Of a DNA stretch of 64,000 nt, positions 18,160 through 28,189 are shown piece by piece. Origin of the DNA: Candidatus Heimdallarchaeota archaeon (lineage in GTDB: Archaea; Asgardarchaeota; Heimdallarchaeia; Heimdallarchaeales; Heimdallarchaeaceae); assembly GCA_016840095.1 (NCBI GenBank), contig JAEOSZ010000024.1, positions 1 through 64,000 on the forward strand, in the 5' to 3' direction. Under the pieces are notes generated by a model. It was given only the letters and a program-made list of their open reading frames with translations. It was not told where the DNA came from and made no database searches. Numbering within the stretch: the stretch's first letter is position 1; the number at the start of each line of letters is the position of its first letter. The position numbers were made by a program, and so were the translations under genes.

Positions 18160-20073
18160 TTAATCTAAGTATTTAGACTTGAATTCTTCCCACCCTATCA
18201 TTTTTATTCCGAAACCGTCAGCTTGTTCTTGTCTTTTTTCTCCAGGATTTTCTGCTAGTACCAAATAATCCAAAGTTTTAGTAACACCATTAGCAAAATC
18301 TATTCCTTTATCTTCTAACATTGCTTTCAGTTCTGTTTTTGTAATTCCTTCAACTTTACCTGTAACATATATTTTCATTTGTTTTATCACCTTTGTTTTG
18401 TCTTGATCAGTGATTCTTGATTTTATCTCAGGATAGATGATTTTGACTCCATTCTTGAATAGGTTGCTATATCGTTCAGTTTCTCTAACTCCTTCATAAA
18501 TGAATTTTGCTGTAATATGAGAGATCCCTTCTAGTTCCTGCAATTTATCCATGGAAGCAGTTTTAAGTTCTTCAAAGTTTTTAAAAGAATTAGCAAGTTT
18601 TTTACCCATTGTAGTTCCTAACTTCTCAATACCCATAGCAGCTAGAAAAGTTCTGAAAGGAAGCTCTCGAGTAGAGTTGATTGAAGTAAATATCTTTTCT
18701 CCATTTCTCCCTAATAGGTTAACCAGTTGTTCTTCAGTAATAGCGTATAAATCTGAATAGTGTTTGATTAAATCTGCATCGAAGAGCTTCTCTAAACTTT
18801 TACCTCCGATACCATCTATTCCAGTTTTACGTATCCAAGCACCAATTTGCTGAATTGATCTATCTCTACAAAAATCGCCAGTACAAAGGAGATTAACTCC
18901 AGACTTAATTGTCTCTGAACCACATGAAGGACATTGTTTTGGAAGTCGTGATTTTCCTGTTGAATTCTTAGCTGTCACACTAATGATTTTAGGAATCACT
19001 TCTCCAGATCTCTCTACATATACAAAATCACCTGGTTTAGCATCTAAATCTAATAAGAAATCTGCATTGTGCATAGTTGCCCTGCTGATAACAGCTCCTG
19101 AAATTTCGACAGGTTCCAATTCAGCTACAGGAGTTAGAACGGAAGTTCTTCCAACTTGCCAAGTGATATCTTTTAGTTTTGTAGATTTACCTTTGCTTTC
19201 AAATTTCAAGGCAATTTGCCATCGAGGATGGTGATCTGTTGCTCCAACAGCTTCTCTATCAGCTACCAAATTATACTTGAAAACAACTCCATCTATTTCA
19301 TAATCTAAGTTATCTCTTTCTCCTTCAACTTTTCTGAAATGTTTGTCTACTATTTCGAAAGTTGGAGAATCAATACTAAGGAAATCTGATGTTTCAAAAC
19401 CCCATGATTTCAAAGTTTGTGCTTTTTCATTAATTGTTGAATCATCTTTCCAACCCAACAACTCAAAAGCCATAAAATTCAGGACACGATCTTCCATCAT
19501 TTTTGCATCTTTCTGTTTGGCTGTCCCAGCAGCTAAGTTTCTAGGGTTACTATATCGTTCATCTTCAGGAAGAGAATCATTAATTCGATTAAATTCGGAG
19601 ATTCTCATATAGAGTTCTCCTCGAATCTCAATACGATCTTCAAATGGAAGAGTTTTAGGAATTGCCTTGATTTTCATCACATTCAATGTTACGTCATCAC
19701 CATGAGTACCTGAACCTCTTGTAGCAGCTTGAATAAATTTAGTATTTTCGAATATCAGTTTAAGAGATATTCCATCGATCTTGTACCCCATCATCAAAGG
19801 ACGATTATCTGCCCAAGAAATGATTTTCTCAACAGTTTTAGCTTTTTGACAAGAAAGCATAGGAGGATTGTGAACTATATTTCCTCCAATAGGAGCACCT
19901 ACAATGAATAAAACAGGATTTTCTGGATCAATGACTCTTAATCTATCTTCCAAACTGTCATACTCTGCATCTGAAATCTCGGGTTGTCCATCATAATATT
20001 TTCTTTTATGATAGAGAATTAAATCCTCAAGTTGTTCTTTTTCCTCATCCAACAAATCAATCACTAATCTCAT
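18160..20073 (-). CDS. ligA: NAD+-dependent DNA ligase
   Basis: Domain Ia YYDGQPEISDAEYD, KIDG adenylation motif, ATRG.G..G.DVT, IDGVV.K, WQVGRT..LTPVA, RATMHN, Zn finger CPSC, HhH repeats, BRCT. Confidence 0.96.
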   Translation of the reverse strand: MRLVIDLLDEEKEQLEDLILYHKRKYYDGQPEISDAEYDSLEDRLRVIDPENPVLFIVGAPIGGNIVHNPPMLSCQKAKTVEKIISWADNRPLMMGYKIDGISLKLIFENTKFIQAATRGSGTHGDDVTLNVMKIKAIPKTLPFEDRIEIRGELYMRISEFNRINDSLPEDERYSNPRNLAAGTAKQKDAKMMEDRVLNFMAFELLGWKDDSTINEKAQTLKSWGFETSDFLSIDSPTFEIVDKHFRKVEGERDNLDYEIDGVVFKYNLVADREAVGATDHHPRWQIALKFESKGKSTKLKDITWQVGRTSVLTPVAELEPVEISGAVISRATMHNADFLLDLDAKPGDFVYVERSGEVIPKIISVTAKNSTGKSRLPKQCPSCGSETIKSGVNLLCTGDFCRDRSIQQIGAWIRKTGIDGIGGKSLEKLFDADLIKHYSDLYAITEEQLVNLLGRNGEKIFTSINSTRELPFRTFLAAMGIEKLGTTMGKKLANSFKNFEELKTASMDKLQELEGISHITAKFIYEGVRETERYSNLFKNGVKIIYPEIKSRITDQDKTKVIKQMKIYVTGKVEGITKTELKAMLEDKGIDFANGVTKTLDYLVLAENPGEKRQEQADGFGIKMIGWEEFKSKYLD

Positions 20074-20183
20074 TTTTTTTGCAATTCACAGTTTAAATAG
20101 TTATAGGGGAGTGCTTTATAAAAGTAAAAAAAGTTAATTGTGGAAAAAATAAATTCAGAAGAATATTTCAATATTTTTGATGA

Positions 20184-21128
20184 TTAGCTTAAATCTGAAT
20201 CTGTACTAGTCTCAAGTACCTTAGATATCTTAATCTCCTCAGATAAAGGTTGAATTTGAGATCTTTCAACTTTTATTGATTTTATAATAATTCCTCCAAG
20301 AATAAGATGATTAAGTATTGGCACAAGTGTTAAAGCTGAAATTATGATTATAACTGATGGTATAGCCATAAAACCAACAGCTGGATTGTGAAATATATGC
20401 TTATATTGGGAAACCCTTCTAAGTCTATGATAATTAAGAAGAAGTAATTTGTAAGACATGTAAAAAGGAATAAAAGTGAATAATAAAGTTTTCACAATTC
20501 TTGTTTTAACATCTATCTCTTTAGGCGGTAGTCCCTTATATTTTATTATGTAAGCTTCTTTAATCTCGAAAAGCTTTCTGATTGTTCCTATATATAAAAT
20601 ATTCATTCTTAATTCGTCTTGTTCTGAAGAGGTAAATACTGATTTCCTTGAAGAATATTCAATATCAATGTCAATCAAAATCGAACAAGAATAAGTTATG
20701 AATTGTTGGACATACCAATAAATCATAACTCCAATAACCATCATTCCAACAAAACTATTAATGAACATAAAAAGGAATAAAACTAAAACTACAATCACAA
20801 AGAAGAATACAATCAATGCTCTAGCAACTTCATTCTGCAAATACAACAATATTCGAAAGGCTTTTTTTTCGATTTCATTTCCTTTTAACATAAAAGTTAG
20901 ATAATTCATATAAGCAACATAAAAGAGAACTAGAGACACATAAAGGGTCCATTCATAATATATTGTAAAGAACAAAGTAAAGAATATAGCTCCAATAAAA
21001 GTACACACCAACATTACTTGAAAATTGATATATTCGTTTATTCGAAATAACTTCTTCCCTTTACAATTAGACATCATGGATTGAAAGATTAGGAAATTGT
21101 CTACTAGATAGACTTCTGGGGCAATCAA
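20184..21128 (-). CDS. Hypothetical multi-pass membrane protein
   Basis: About 6 hydrophobic segments; no recognised motif. Confidence 0.6.
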   Translation of the reverse strand: MIAPEVYLVDNFLIFQSMMSNCKGKKLFRINEYINFQVMLVCTFIGAIFFTLFFTIYYEWTLYVSLVLFYVAYMNYLTFMLKGNEIEKKAFRILLYLQNEVARALIVFFFVIVVLVLFLFMFINSFVGMMVIGVMIYWYVQQFITYSCSILIDIDIEYSSRKSVFTSSEQDELRMNILYIGTIRKLFEIKEAYIIKYKGLPPKEIDVKTRIVKTLLFTFIPFYMSYKLLLLNYHRLRRVSQYKHIFHNPAVGFMAIPSVIIIISALTLVPILNHLILGGIIIKSIKVERSQIQPLSEEIKISKVLETSTDSDLS

Positions 21129-21185
21129 GATTCAAATTACATAAAATAAAATATAAAAACATTGCTCAAAACTTCTTTGAGTTCT

Positions 21186-21830
21186 TTAATGGTTGAATTC
21201 TGAATTAAGTAATTTCTTTGATACTACCTTTAATTTCTTATCAAAATGCTTAGGAGAGATATCTATTTTTGTAACTTTAGCATATCTCATAAGAACACCT
21301 ATGTTAAGTAATAACGAAAAATCAGCATCTGCTCTTTGATGCAGAAAATCTAAAGACTTCTTGAAACTATTGTTTACGAATTTTTCTTTCAAATCATCTC
21401 TGAGCATTTTTTGAACAGATTCTACAGTTCTTTTCTGGAAATACTCGATGATTACACTTAGAGCTACCATCAATTTGAAATTCTTATCTTGTTTTTGTAT
21501 GTCTTCCAAATTATTCATTTTGTGCTCATATCTTTCGAATATCTCTTTAGCTCTAATGTTGAATTTCTTTGCAAGTTGAGCGATAAACTCTTCATCCTTT
21601 CCCTTTTCATATGGTTCAATATTCTCTTTAACTATTATCACTAATCGCTCAATAATCTGACCACAATTTTTTACTTTAATTTTCTTAGATGCTCTTCTAT
21701 CAATAATGAAATGAGGTTCTTCGAAAAACTGCTGGGACATGATATAGTATACAATATCATAATATTGCCATTGTTTGATAGATCCCCCAGCTTGCGGTTC
21801 CATTATAGTCCCATAGTAATGAGATGGCAA
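21186..21830 (-). CDS. Hypothetical helical protein (likely start ATG about 21803)
   Basis: Long ORF with its own TATA-like TTTTAAA at about 21835-21842; no recognised motif. Confidence 0.6.
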   Translation of the reverse strand: MPSHYYGTIMEPQAGGSIKQWQYYDIVYYIMSQQFFEEPHFIIDRRASKKIKVKNCGQIIERLVIIVKENIEPYEKGKDEEFIAQLAKKFNIRAKEIFERYEHKMNNLEDIQKQDKNFKLMVALSVIIEYFQKRTVESVQKMLRDDLKEKFVNNSFKKSLDFLHQRADADFSLLLNIGVLMRYAKVTKIDISPKHFDKKLKVVSKKLLNSEFNH

Positions 21831-21865
21831 CCCTTTAAAAAACTTTAGTCTGAAATTTACACTCT

Positions 21866-23377
21866 TTATTTCATTGCAGATTTTATTACTTCATCTATTT
21901 CCTTTCTCTTTGACAAGTCTTTATTTTCAAAAACTCTCTTTGTTATGGTAGCAATCTTGTTTTCTATTTTTGAGTCAAAAACTGGTATTTTAACATTACT
22001 CATTATTCTTTGAGTATATGAGATTCGATGCCCTCTTCTTCCACCTTCTGATAGATAATATTCTCTAAAAAAATTGCTGTTCAGATAACCAAGAATGAAG
22101 TAAGGATCTTTCTTCTGTGGAATTATGGTAAGCACATCTCCTGAAGGAAGATAGGGTTTGTTTGATAAACTAAATCTGTTCTTGATACTGCGATCTAAGC
22201 TCGGAACGAATATTTTTGGTTCGAATAAAAGGGATTTTAGTTTTTCATAATTTCTCAAAGCTTGCCAATGAAACCACTTATTACTAGCTGGAAAATATCT
22301 AACTGTCATACTTTCCTTGAATGATAGTAATTTTTCGTATAAGTTTGGATAACTCTGCAGTTCCTTTTCCGAGTTAATTCTTTTATCTATGAGTAAATAG
22401 TTCTCATATCCTTCAGTCCAGAAACCTGTACAGTGCTTAGATTTGATTGCTTTAACTAAGAATTTCTTCTCATCTTCATTAAAATTTGAAATGTCTTCTT
22501 CATCAACAATAAAAGCATGTTCATAACCAGAAACTAGTCCTACACCAATCCAGCAAATATCTTTTAGAAGAATATAGTTTGAGATTATAGTCTCTGGATA
22601 AGTTGTCCAGACTTCATTTTCTTTTGTAAACATTTCCCTTTCATAGTATGTAAAGATATCATTTTCTAATGTTGTGGAAAATACTTCAATAGCTTTCTTG
22701 TAGATTATTCCAGGTTTTGTTTTTCTGTTTTTGATTCTTAAAATTCTAATTTTTTGATGCGGTTCTTTTGAACTTTTGGTAAACTTGAAAATCAATGTTT
22801 CAGGATTTTCTCCCTCAAATAATCTTGTTTCGTCCAGATCAATAATAATATCCAAACTTCCATTTTCAATTATTTTATCGCGAACAACTTTAGCATACGT
22901 GTTAAAGAAGAAACTATAAGGCACAATATAAATCAATTCCCCACCTTCCTTCAATAAGTCAATTGACTTTAGTATGAATGCATAGTAGATGTCTGATTCT
23001 TTATTCCCAACAATTCTAACTACTTTGGATCTTGTTGCTTTTGGTAGAGAATTATAATGTGTATATGGAGGATTACCTATAATTAAATCGTACTCCTTGA
23101 GATTCATCCAGTCTAAATAATCATCATTGTAAATTTTAACCTCTGGAAAATTTTCATAACAATAATCATAAAGTTCTTTGCTTAATTCAATACCTTCTAA
23201 ATTTGTGAACTTGGAGTTTAGAAGACTTTTAAGAAACATTCCCTTCCCACAACCAGAATCAAGGATATCTATAGATTTCTGTCTCTTCTTATCTTCAGAT
23301 ATTAATGATACCATTAGATTTACAATATCTTGAGGAGTCTGAACAAAAGCAATAGTATCATTCATTAGAAGAGTCAC
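21866..23377 (-). CDS. N6-adenine DNA methyltransferase (Eco57I/TaqI-like gamma class)
   Basis: Motif I ILDSGCGKG, motif IV IIGNPPY, DIYYAFI...LKEGGELIYIVP, TaqI_C-like ILGYLNS. Confidence 0.9.
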   Translation of the reverse strand: MTLLMNDTIAFVQTPQDIVNLMVSLISEDKKRQKSIDILDSGCGKGMFLKSLLNSKFTNLEGIELSKELYDYCYENFPEVKIYNDDYLDWMNLKEYDLIIGNPPYTHYNSLPKATRSKVVRIVGNKESDIYYAFILKSIDLLKEGGELIYIVPYSFFFNTYAKVVRDKIIENGSLDIIIDLDETRLFEGENPETLIFKFTKSSKEPHQKIRILRIKNRKTKPGIIYKKAIEVFSTTLENDIFTYYEREMFTKENEVWTTYPETIISNYILLKDICWIGVGLVSGYEHAFIVDEEDISNFNEDEKKFLVKAIKSKHCTGFWTEGYENYLLIDKRINSEKELQSYPNLYEKLLSFKESMTVRYFPASNKWFHWQALRNYEKLKSLLFEPKIFVPSLDRSIKNRFSLSNKPYLPSGDVLTIIPQKKDPYFILGYLNSNFFREYYLSEGGRRGHRISYTQRIMSNVKIPVFDSKIENKIATITKRVFENKDLSKRKEIDEVIKSAMK

Positions 23378-23515
23378 TCACTAGTTTGCTATTGCTTTTC
23401 ATTTAAAAGTCAATTGGAAAAGAATACTAGTTAATCAACTAATTCTTGGAAAATGAAAAAGAATTTAAATTCAACTTAAAAAGGTTCATAATTAGAAACT
23501 ATTAGAGGAAAAAAT

Positions 23516-24562
23516 ATGTCTGTCGAAGAGCATAGAGAGATAGCAAAACAAAAAATGAAGGGAAAATGTGGTGTATATAGACTCTGTGATGGTGGAGATA
23601 ACAAAATCTGTCAAGGTCACAGCTATGGTTCACCAATTGGATTTGGAGGAGTAGGTTCAGGAGCAGCATTCAAGAATAATATTTCAGCTCTTGAAAAACT
23701 GAATCTTAAAATGAGAGTTATTGGGGAAAACTATACTCCAGATACAACCTATGATTTCTTTGGTCACAAAATAACAATGCCAATCATGGGAGCTTCTATA
23801 ACTGGCGTTAACTCTTTTGGAGGAGACGCTGCAATTACTGAACCAGAATTCTGCAAAGCAACTGTTTTAGGAGCAAAAGAAGCCGGAACCATTGGATGGC
23901 GTGGAGATACTTATACCTATGATTTTGATTTTATGCCTTGTTATGACGCAATCTGCAATGCCGCCTCAGGATGGGGTGTAAAAATCAGTAAACCCAGAGA
24001 TCAAGAAACATTGAAGAGAGTTTTCAAAATGTACGAAGAAGGTGGAGCTTTAGCAGTTGGAACTGACGTTGATGGCTGTGGAAGCACAATTATGGCAGCT
24101 CATAATAAACCCGTATTCAGAAAATCTATTGATGATATAAAAGAACTAGTTCAATCAACCAAGTTACCTTTCATAGTTAAAGGAATAATGTGTGCTGAAG
24201 ATGCTGTTGCTGCTGTAGAAGCAGGTGTATCAGCTGTAGTTGTTTCCAATCATGGAGGTAGAGTTCTAGACCATACAGTTGGAACTGCAGATGCTTTGTT
24301 TGATGTTGTTGACGCGGTAAAAGGAAAAGTCAAAATCATTGCTGACGGTGGTGTGAGGACAGGTTATGATGTTCTCAAAATGCTAGCAATTGGAGCTGAT
24401 TCTGTTCTATTTGGCAGAGACATTGTTCGAGCAGCTGTTGGTGGTGGTGTTGAAGGTGTAAAAGCTTTCTTCGAACTACAACAAAAAACATTAGTTAAAG
24501 CTATGAAAATGACTAACGTTGCCACATTAGAAGATATCTCAAGAGATATTATCTTCCATTAA
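23516..24562 (+). CDS. FMN-dependent alpha-hydroxy-acid dehydrogenase/oxidase family protein
   Basis: PFIVKGI, VVSNHGGRVLD, ADGGVRTGYDVLK.LA.GAD.V..GR. Confidence 0.92.
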   Translation: MSVEEHREIAKQKMKGKCGVYRLCDGGDNKICQGHSYGSPIGFGGVGSGAAFKNNISALEKLNLKMRVIGENYTPDTTYDFFGHKITMPIMGASITGVNSFGGDAAITEPEFCKATVLGAKEAGTIGWRGDTYTYDFDFMPCYDAICNAASGWGVKISKPRDQETLKRVFKMYEEGGALAVGTDVDGCGSTIMAAHNKPVFRKSIDDIKELVQSTKLPFIVKGIMCAEDAVAAVEAGVSAVVVSNHGGRVLDHTVGTADALFDVVDAVKGKVKIIADGGVRTGYDVLKMLAIGADSVLFGRDIVRAAVGGGVEGVKAFFELQQKTLVKAMKMTNVATLEDISRDIIFH

Positions 24563-24571
24563 TTCTTCCTG

Positions 24572-25711
24572 TCACTTTGACAGGATTTCTTTTACTTTTT
24601 CAATCGAAATTGCTTCTTTCTTATTATTGTCCCTACCAATGACTGTTGTTGCCATTAACAAGGAATTGAGAATAGCTTCTTCTGTGGACTCAATAACTGC
24701 ACGTAACAAATCTCTGAAAATTTTAGTATTCTCATTAACTGTTTCCATACTAATAGTTTGATCCGTACTATCGTGATCAATCTTATTTTCGGTAGAAAAT
24801 ATAATCACAACATCTCCAGATCCATGTGAACCATATGAGCCTGTTTTAGCTAATCCCATTGGTGCTCTTTTTGCTAATCTGTTTAGTTGTCTTGCATTCA
24901 ATGGAGCATTTGTTGCAATAACAATAATTATCGAACCATCATCTTTCTTTGGTTCTTCTTCAGTCTGTGTAATGAATTTCCGTCCTAAAATTGTTAAATC
25001 ATTTTTTCTTCCAAAGTTTGAAAGCACTAAAGTTCCTAAGACATATTCCCTGTCTTCTGTTTTAATTATTCTAGATGAACTCCCTATACCTCCCTTAAAA
25101 CCAAGAGCAGACATACCTGTTCCAGCTCCAATTGAACCCTCTTCAAAATCTGAAGTAGCACTCTCTATTGCTTCAAGAACATGTATTTTCTGAACATGTC
25201 TACCTTGAATATCATTGAGAAAACCGTCATGACATTCTCCCACAACGATGTTTATAGTTGATGTATCTACACCAATATCTTGATTCTCATCAACATGATA
25301 CTGTATAAGAGTTTCAGCAACTTTAGGTATATTCAAAGTATTTGTTAAACAAATGTAAGATTCGATATTTCCAAGTTCTTCAACTTGAACTAAACCTATA
25401 GTTTTTCCATAACCATTGAAAACATATGAACTAGCTCTAACTTTTCTGCGATACACATTTCCTGAATGAGGTTTAATTATTGTTACGCCAGTTCTGACAG
25501 GTCCAAAACCTGGTTTTAGTTCTCCTTCCCCTGCGATTATTGTACTGTGTCCAACTGTTACATCAGGAACATCTGCAATAGAATTTTTCTCTCCTCTTTC
25601 AAGGATTCCTACTTGGAAACCCAATTCATGAAGTTTGGATCTTTTAATAGTAACCTTTTCCTCCATAACTTTTGTAAGTTTTAGTTTTACATTAAGTTTT
25701 TGCTTCACCAA
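24572..25711 (-). CDS. dmpA: DmpA/peptidase S58 (P1) aminopeptidase
   Basis: NSIADVPDVTVGH, RTGVT, NGYGK, GAGTGM...FKGGIGSSSR, DG/SII autoprocessing site, HGSGD. Confidence 0.9.
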   Translation of the reverse strand: MVKQKLNVKLKLTKVMEEKVTIKRSKLHELGFQVGILERGEKNSIADVPDVTVGHSTIIAGEGELKPGFGPVRTGVTIIKPHSGNVYRRKVRASSYVFNGYGKTIGLVQVEELGNIESYICLTNTLNIPKVAETLIQYHVDENQDIGVDTSTINIVVGECHDGFLNDIQGRHVQKIHVLEAIESATSDFEEGSIGAGTGMSALGFKGGIGSSSRIIKTEDREYVLGTLVLSNFGRKNDLTILGRKFITQTEEEPKKDDGSIIIVIATNAPLNARQLNRLAKRAPMGLAKTGSYGSHGSGDVVIIFSTENKIDHDSTDQTISMETVNENTKIFRDLLRAVIESTEEAILNSLLMATTVIGRDNNKKEAISIEKVKEILSK

Positions 25712-27201
25712 CCAGTTGCAAATTCAATAACAATACCAAAAAGTACTATGATTGTAATAGCTACAGCTGTAGAGACTATAATAATGGTTTTTTGTAGTAG
25801 GTTAAATTTTCGCCATCTATCGATCAATCTTATTTTTTCTCTTGGAGCTGGGGTTCCACATTTGGGACAAAATTTAATCTCCTGAGCAGTATAATTACAA
25901 TTAGTGCAAGAAACAGTCTTAGGTGCAAGCAATTCTTCTCTTCTTTTTGCGTTTCTAGCTCTTCTTTCCTTCATTCTTGGTATTATTTCAGCTTTAGTAA
26001 AAGGTATAATGTACTTTGGTGTTACAAACGACAAGACAATAACTGAAATACCTATAGGTAATAGAGTAGATAGTAACCTTACAGTTATAGGATTAGAACA
26101 TGAATCAGCACTATTTAGTGGATAGAGATCCTTAGATTTTGCTGGTCCTTCAATCAGATAAGTACATTTATCTCCCAGATCTTCCCAATAGTTCCCACTC
26201 TTTGTTTCTTTATCATACCACTCATTTTTGTTTCCTTCATCATATGCTTGAGAATCAAAACCAATCTTGTTATTGACTAGTATGTTGTGATAAATACGAT
26301 TATTATCTGAAACTGTATTCAATTCTATCCCATATTCATACGTATTAATGATAGAATTATTAACTATCAAACAATCATCTGTATTCCCTAAATTAATTCC
26401 TCGATTTTCATTATCGATGCAAGTATTATTCATAATGTTGCAAGAGGGAGAGCTAGTAAAACTGATTGCTCTACTGTTTGAATTGCATATGTTATCCTTC
26501 ACATGACAAGGATTGGCATTATCTATTTTGATACCTAATAACTCGTTGAAATTGCATGTATTATTTAGGACATTGCAGGTAGACCATGAGTCTACATAAA
26601 TTCCTGCTTCATTATAATTGCAGGTGTTATTAATAATATCAAAAGTTGTGCTTTGTAAAACATAAATACCTTTCCACTGATTAGATATTACATTGTCTTT
26701 TATGATTCCCGTTGATGTGGAACTACTTATGTAAATACCGTAATCACTAGAAACATTGCAAAGATTATTACTAATTTCAAGACAATTATCTGCCGCTTCA
26801 ATTTTTATATGCATGATTAAACCAGTAACAAAATTATTTCGAATAACAAAATAGCTGCTAGTGCCAGAAATATAAATACCATAATCATCTTCCATCACAT
26901 CTGCAACAATATGATAATTTTCAATGATGTACGGATTCACCTCAGTTCCATTACCAGGTAAACTATAGTAACTAAACATACCATCATGAGTAATTGTAAT
27001 TGGATCATGCATCGTTAGATTATCTAGGTTGAAAGATACGTCTGTAGGAGAACTATAAGAAGAACTAAGGTCCTCTAAGTTATAATCACATTCAAACTGA
27101 ACAATATCACAAGAATCTAAGTTACTTCTTGTGGAATGTATTAACCAGAAATTTAAGCAAAATAGAAATATAATCGAAACTAGAAGACATTTTTTTCTCA
27201 T
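25705..27201 (-). CDS. Secreted parallel beta-helix (NosD/CASH-like) surface protein with TM, cytoplasmic zinc ribbon and C-terminal TM
   Basis: Signal peptide; G.GT..NPYIIEN; Asn-ladder repeats (NNTCN..GI); GNYW..D.YPL; TM; CTNC..CPKC; terminal TM. Confidence 0.82.
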   Translation of the reverse strand: MRKKCLLVSIIFLFCLNFWLIHSTRSNLDSCDIVQFECDYNLEDLSSSYSSPTDVSFNLDNLTMHDPITITHDGMFSYYSLPGNGTEVNPYIIENYHIVADVMEDDYGIYISGTSSYFVIRNNFVTGLIMHIKIEAADNCLEISNNLCNVSSDYGIYISSSTSTGIIKDNVISNQWKGIYVLQSTTFDIINNTCNYNEAGIYVDSWSTCNVLNNTCNFNELLGIKIDNANPCHVKDNICNSNSRAISFTSSPSCNIMNNTCIDNENRGINLGNTDDCLIVNNSIINTYEYGIELNTVSDNNRIYHNILVNNKIGFDSQAYDEGNKNEWYDKETKSGNYWEDLGDKCTYLIEGPAKSKDLYPLNSADSCSNPITVRLLSTLLPIGISVIVLSFVTPKYIIPFTKAEIIPRMKERRARNAKRREELLAPKTVSCTNCNYTAQEIKFCPKCGTPAPREKIRLIDRWRKFNLLQKTIIIVSTAVAITIIVLFGIVIEFATGW

Positions 27202-27207
27202 GGACTA

Positions 27208-27238
27208 TCACATTTGTGAAATTATGTACTTATAATTT
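27208..27238. promoter_or_regulatory. Two adjacent dyads at the 5' end of the beta-helix gene
   Basis: TCACA-TT-TGTGA (27208-27219) and AAATTAT-N6-ATAATTT (27219-27238). Confidence 0.3.
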
Positions 27239-27381
27239 TCAGCTTATTTAAACATTGAGCAGAAAAAAGAATGTCAGAGCTAATCTAGGAATAAAAAAAG
27301 GTTTCTAATCCCAGTTTCTCACAATTCTCTTCTCCATTAAACTTAGTTGAATCTGGATTTACAACAAGTTTTATTCTAAAT

Positions 27382-27671
27382 TTAAGTTGTTACCCAAATC
27401 GAAATTCCAAGGGATACAATAATCCAGACTATGAAGAATGTTAAAGTTGAAACTGTTATTTTTTGCTTGAGTGTTTTCATACGCCAATTATCAGTAAAAC
27501 TTAATTTCTTTATATTGTTTTAGGAAGAATGTTTCTACAAACTTTACATTTGTTACGATTTCTTAGACCAATTGTACTACTGAGATTGCAAGATGGACAA
27601 ATTACAGTTCTACCCTTAATCAATTCTTCTCTTCTTTTAGCTTTTTCTAGCTTTCTTTCACTCATATCCAT
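27382..27671 (-). pseudogene. Frameshifted paralogue of the 27811-28107 zinc-ribbon/tail-anchor protein
   Basis: MDMSERKLEKAKRREELIKGRTVICPSC...CKVCRNILPKTI* (stop 27510-27512). Homology continues in another frame: KKLSFTDNWRMKTLKQKITVSTLTFFIVWIIVSLGISIWVTT*. Confidence 0.75.
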
Positions 27672-28157
27672 AACCTCTGAAAATATATAATTAAACTCAA
27701 AAAGATATTAAACTTTTTAGTAGAAAGAAAATAATCGATAAATATCTAGTACCTTTTATTGTCTATTTCTTCTACCATAATCAGAAATATGAGAATTTTT
27801 TCATTAAATTTTAGCTCGAAAGTTGATTCGCGACCCAAGTAGCAATACCAAAACTCACTATAACCCAAATTACAATTAATACTATAATCACAAAAGATAT
27901 TTTTTGATTTAGTGTCTTTATACGCCATCTATCAATTAGTTCCATCTTTTCTATTGTTGGTTTTGGTAGAATATTTCCACATGTTGGACATATGTCACGC
28001 TTTCTTAAACCTATTCTGTAGTTAACTTCACAAGTTGAGCAAAATACAGTTCTCCCAGCTGTTAAATCTTCCCTTATTTTAATTCTCCTTATCTTTCTGT
28101 CATTCAAGGTACATAACCTCAGAGAAATTATATAATTAAACTCAAATGGATATTTAA
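27669..28157. repeat. Duplicated promoter/5' region (about 27669-27712 and 28112-28157)
   Basis: CATAACCTC..GA..AA.TATATAATTAAACTCAAA..GATATT.AA occurs before both zinc-ribbon copies. Confidence 0.75.
27811..28107 (-). CDS. Small zinc-ribbon protein with C-terminal TM anchor
   Basis: CSTC..CPTC, DRWR..L.QK, then a terminal hydrophobic helix; GAGGT SD upstream of the TTG start. Confidence 0.8.
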   Translation of the reverse strand: MNDRKIRRIKIREDLTAGRTVFCSTCEVNYRIGLRKRDICPTCGNILPKPTIEKMELIDRWRIKTLNQKISFVIIVLIVIWVIVSFGIATWVANQLSS

Positions 28158-28189
28158 GGATTAAGGAGAAAGTGATATGTCAAAAATAT

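Noticed and set aside
21186-21830. Cognate restriction endonuclease of the adjacent MTase
   Set aside because: No recognisable nuclease motif, looks all-helical, and appears to have its own promoter.
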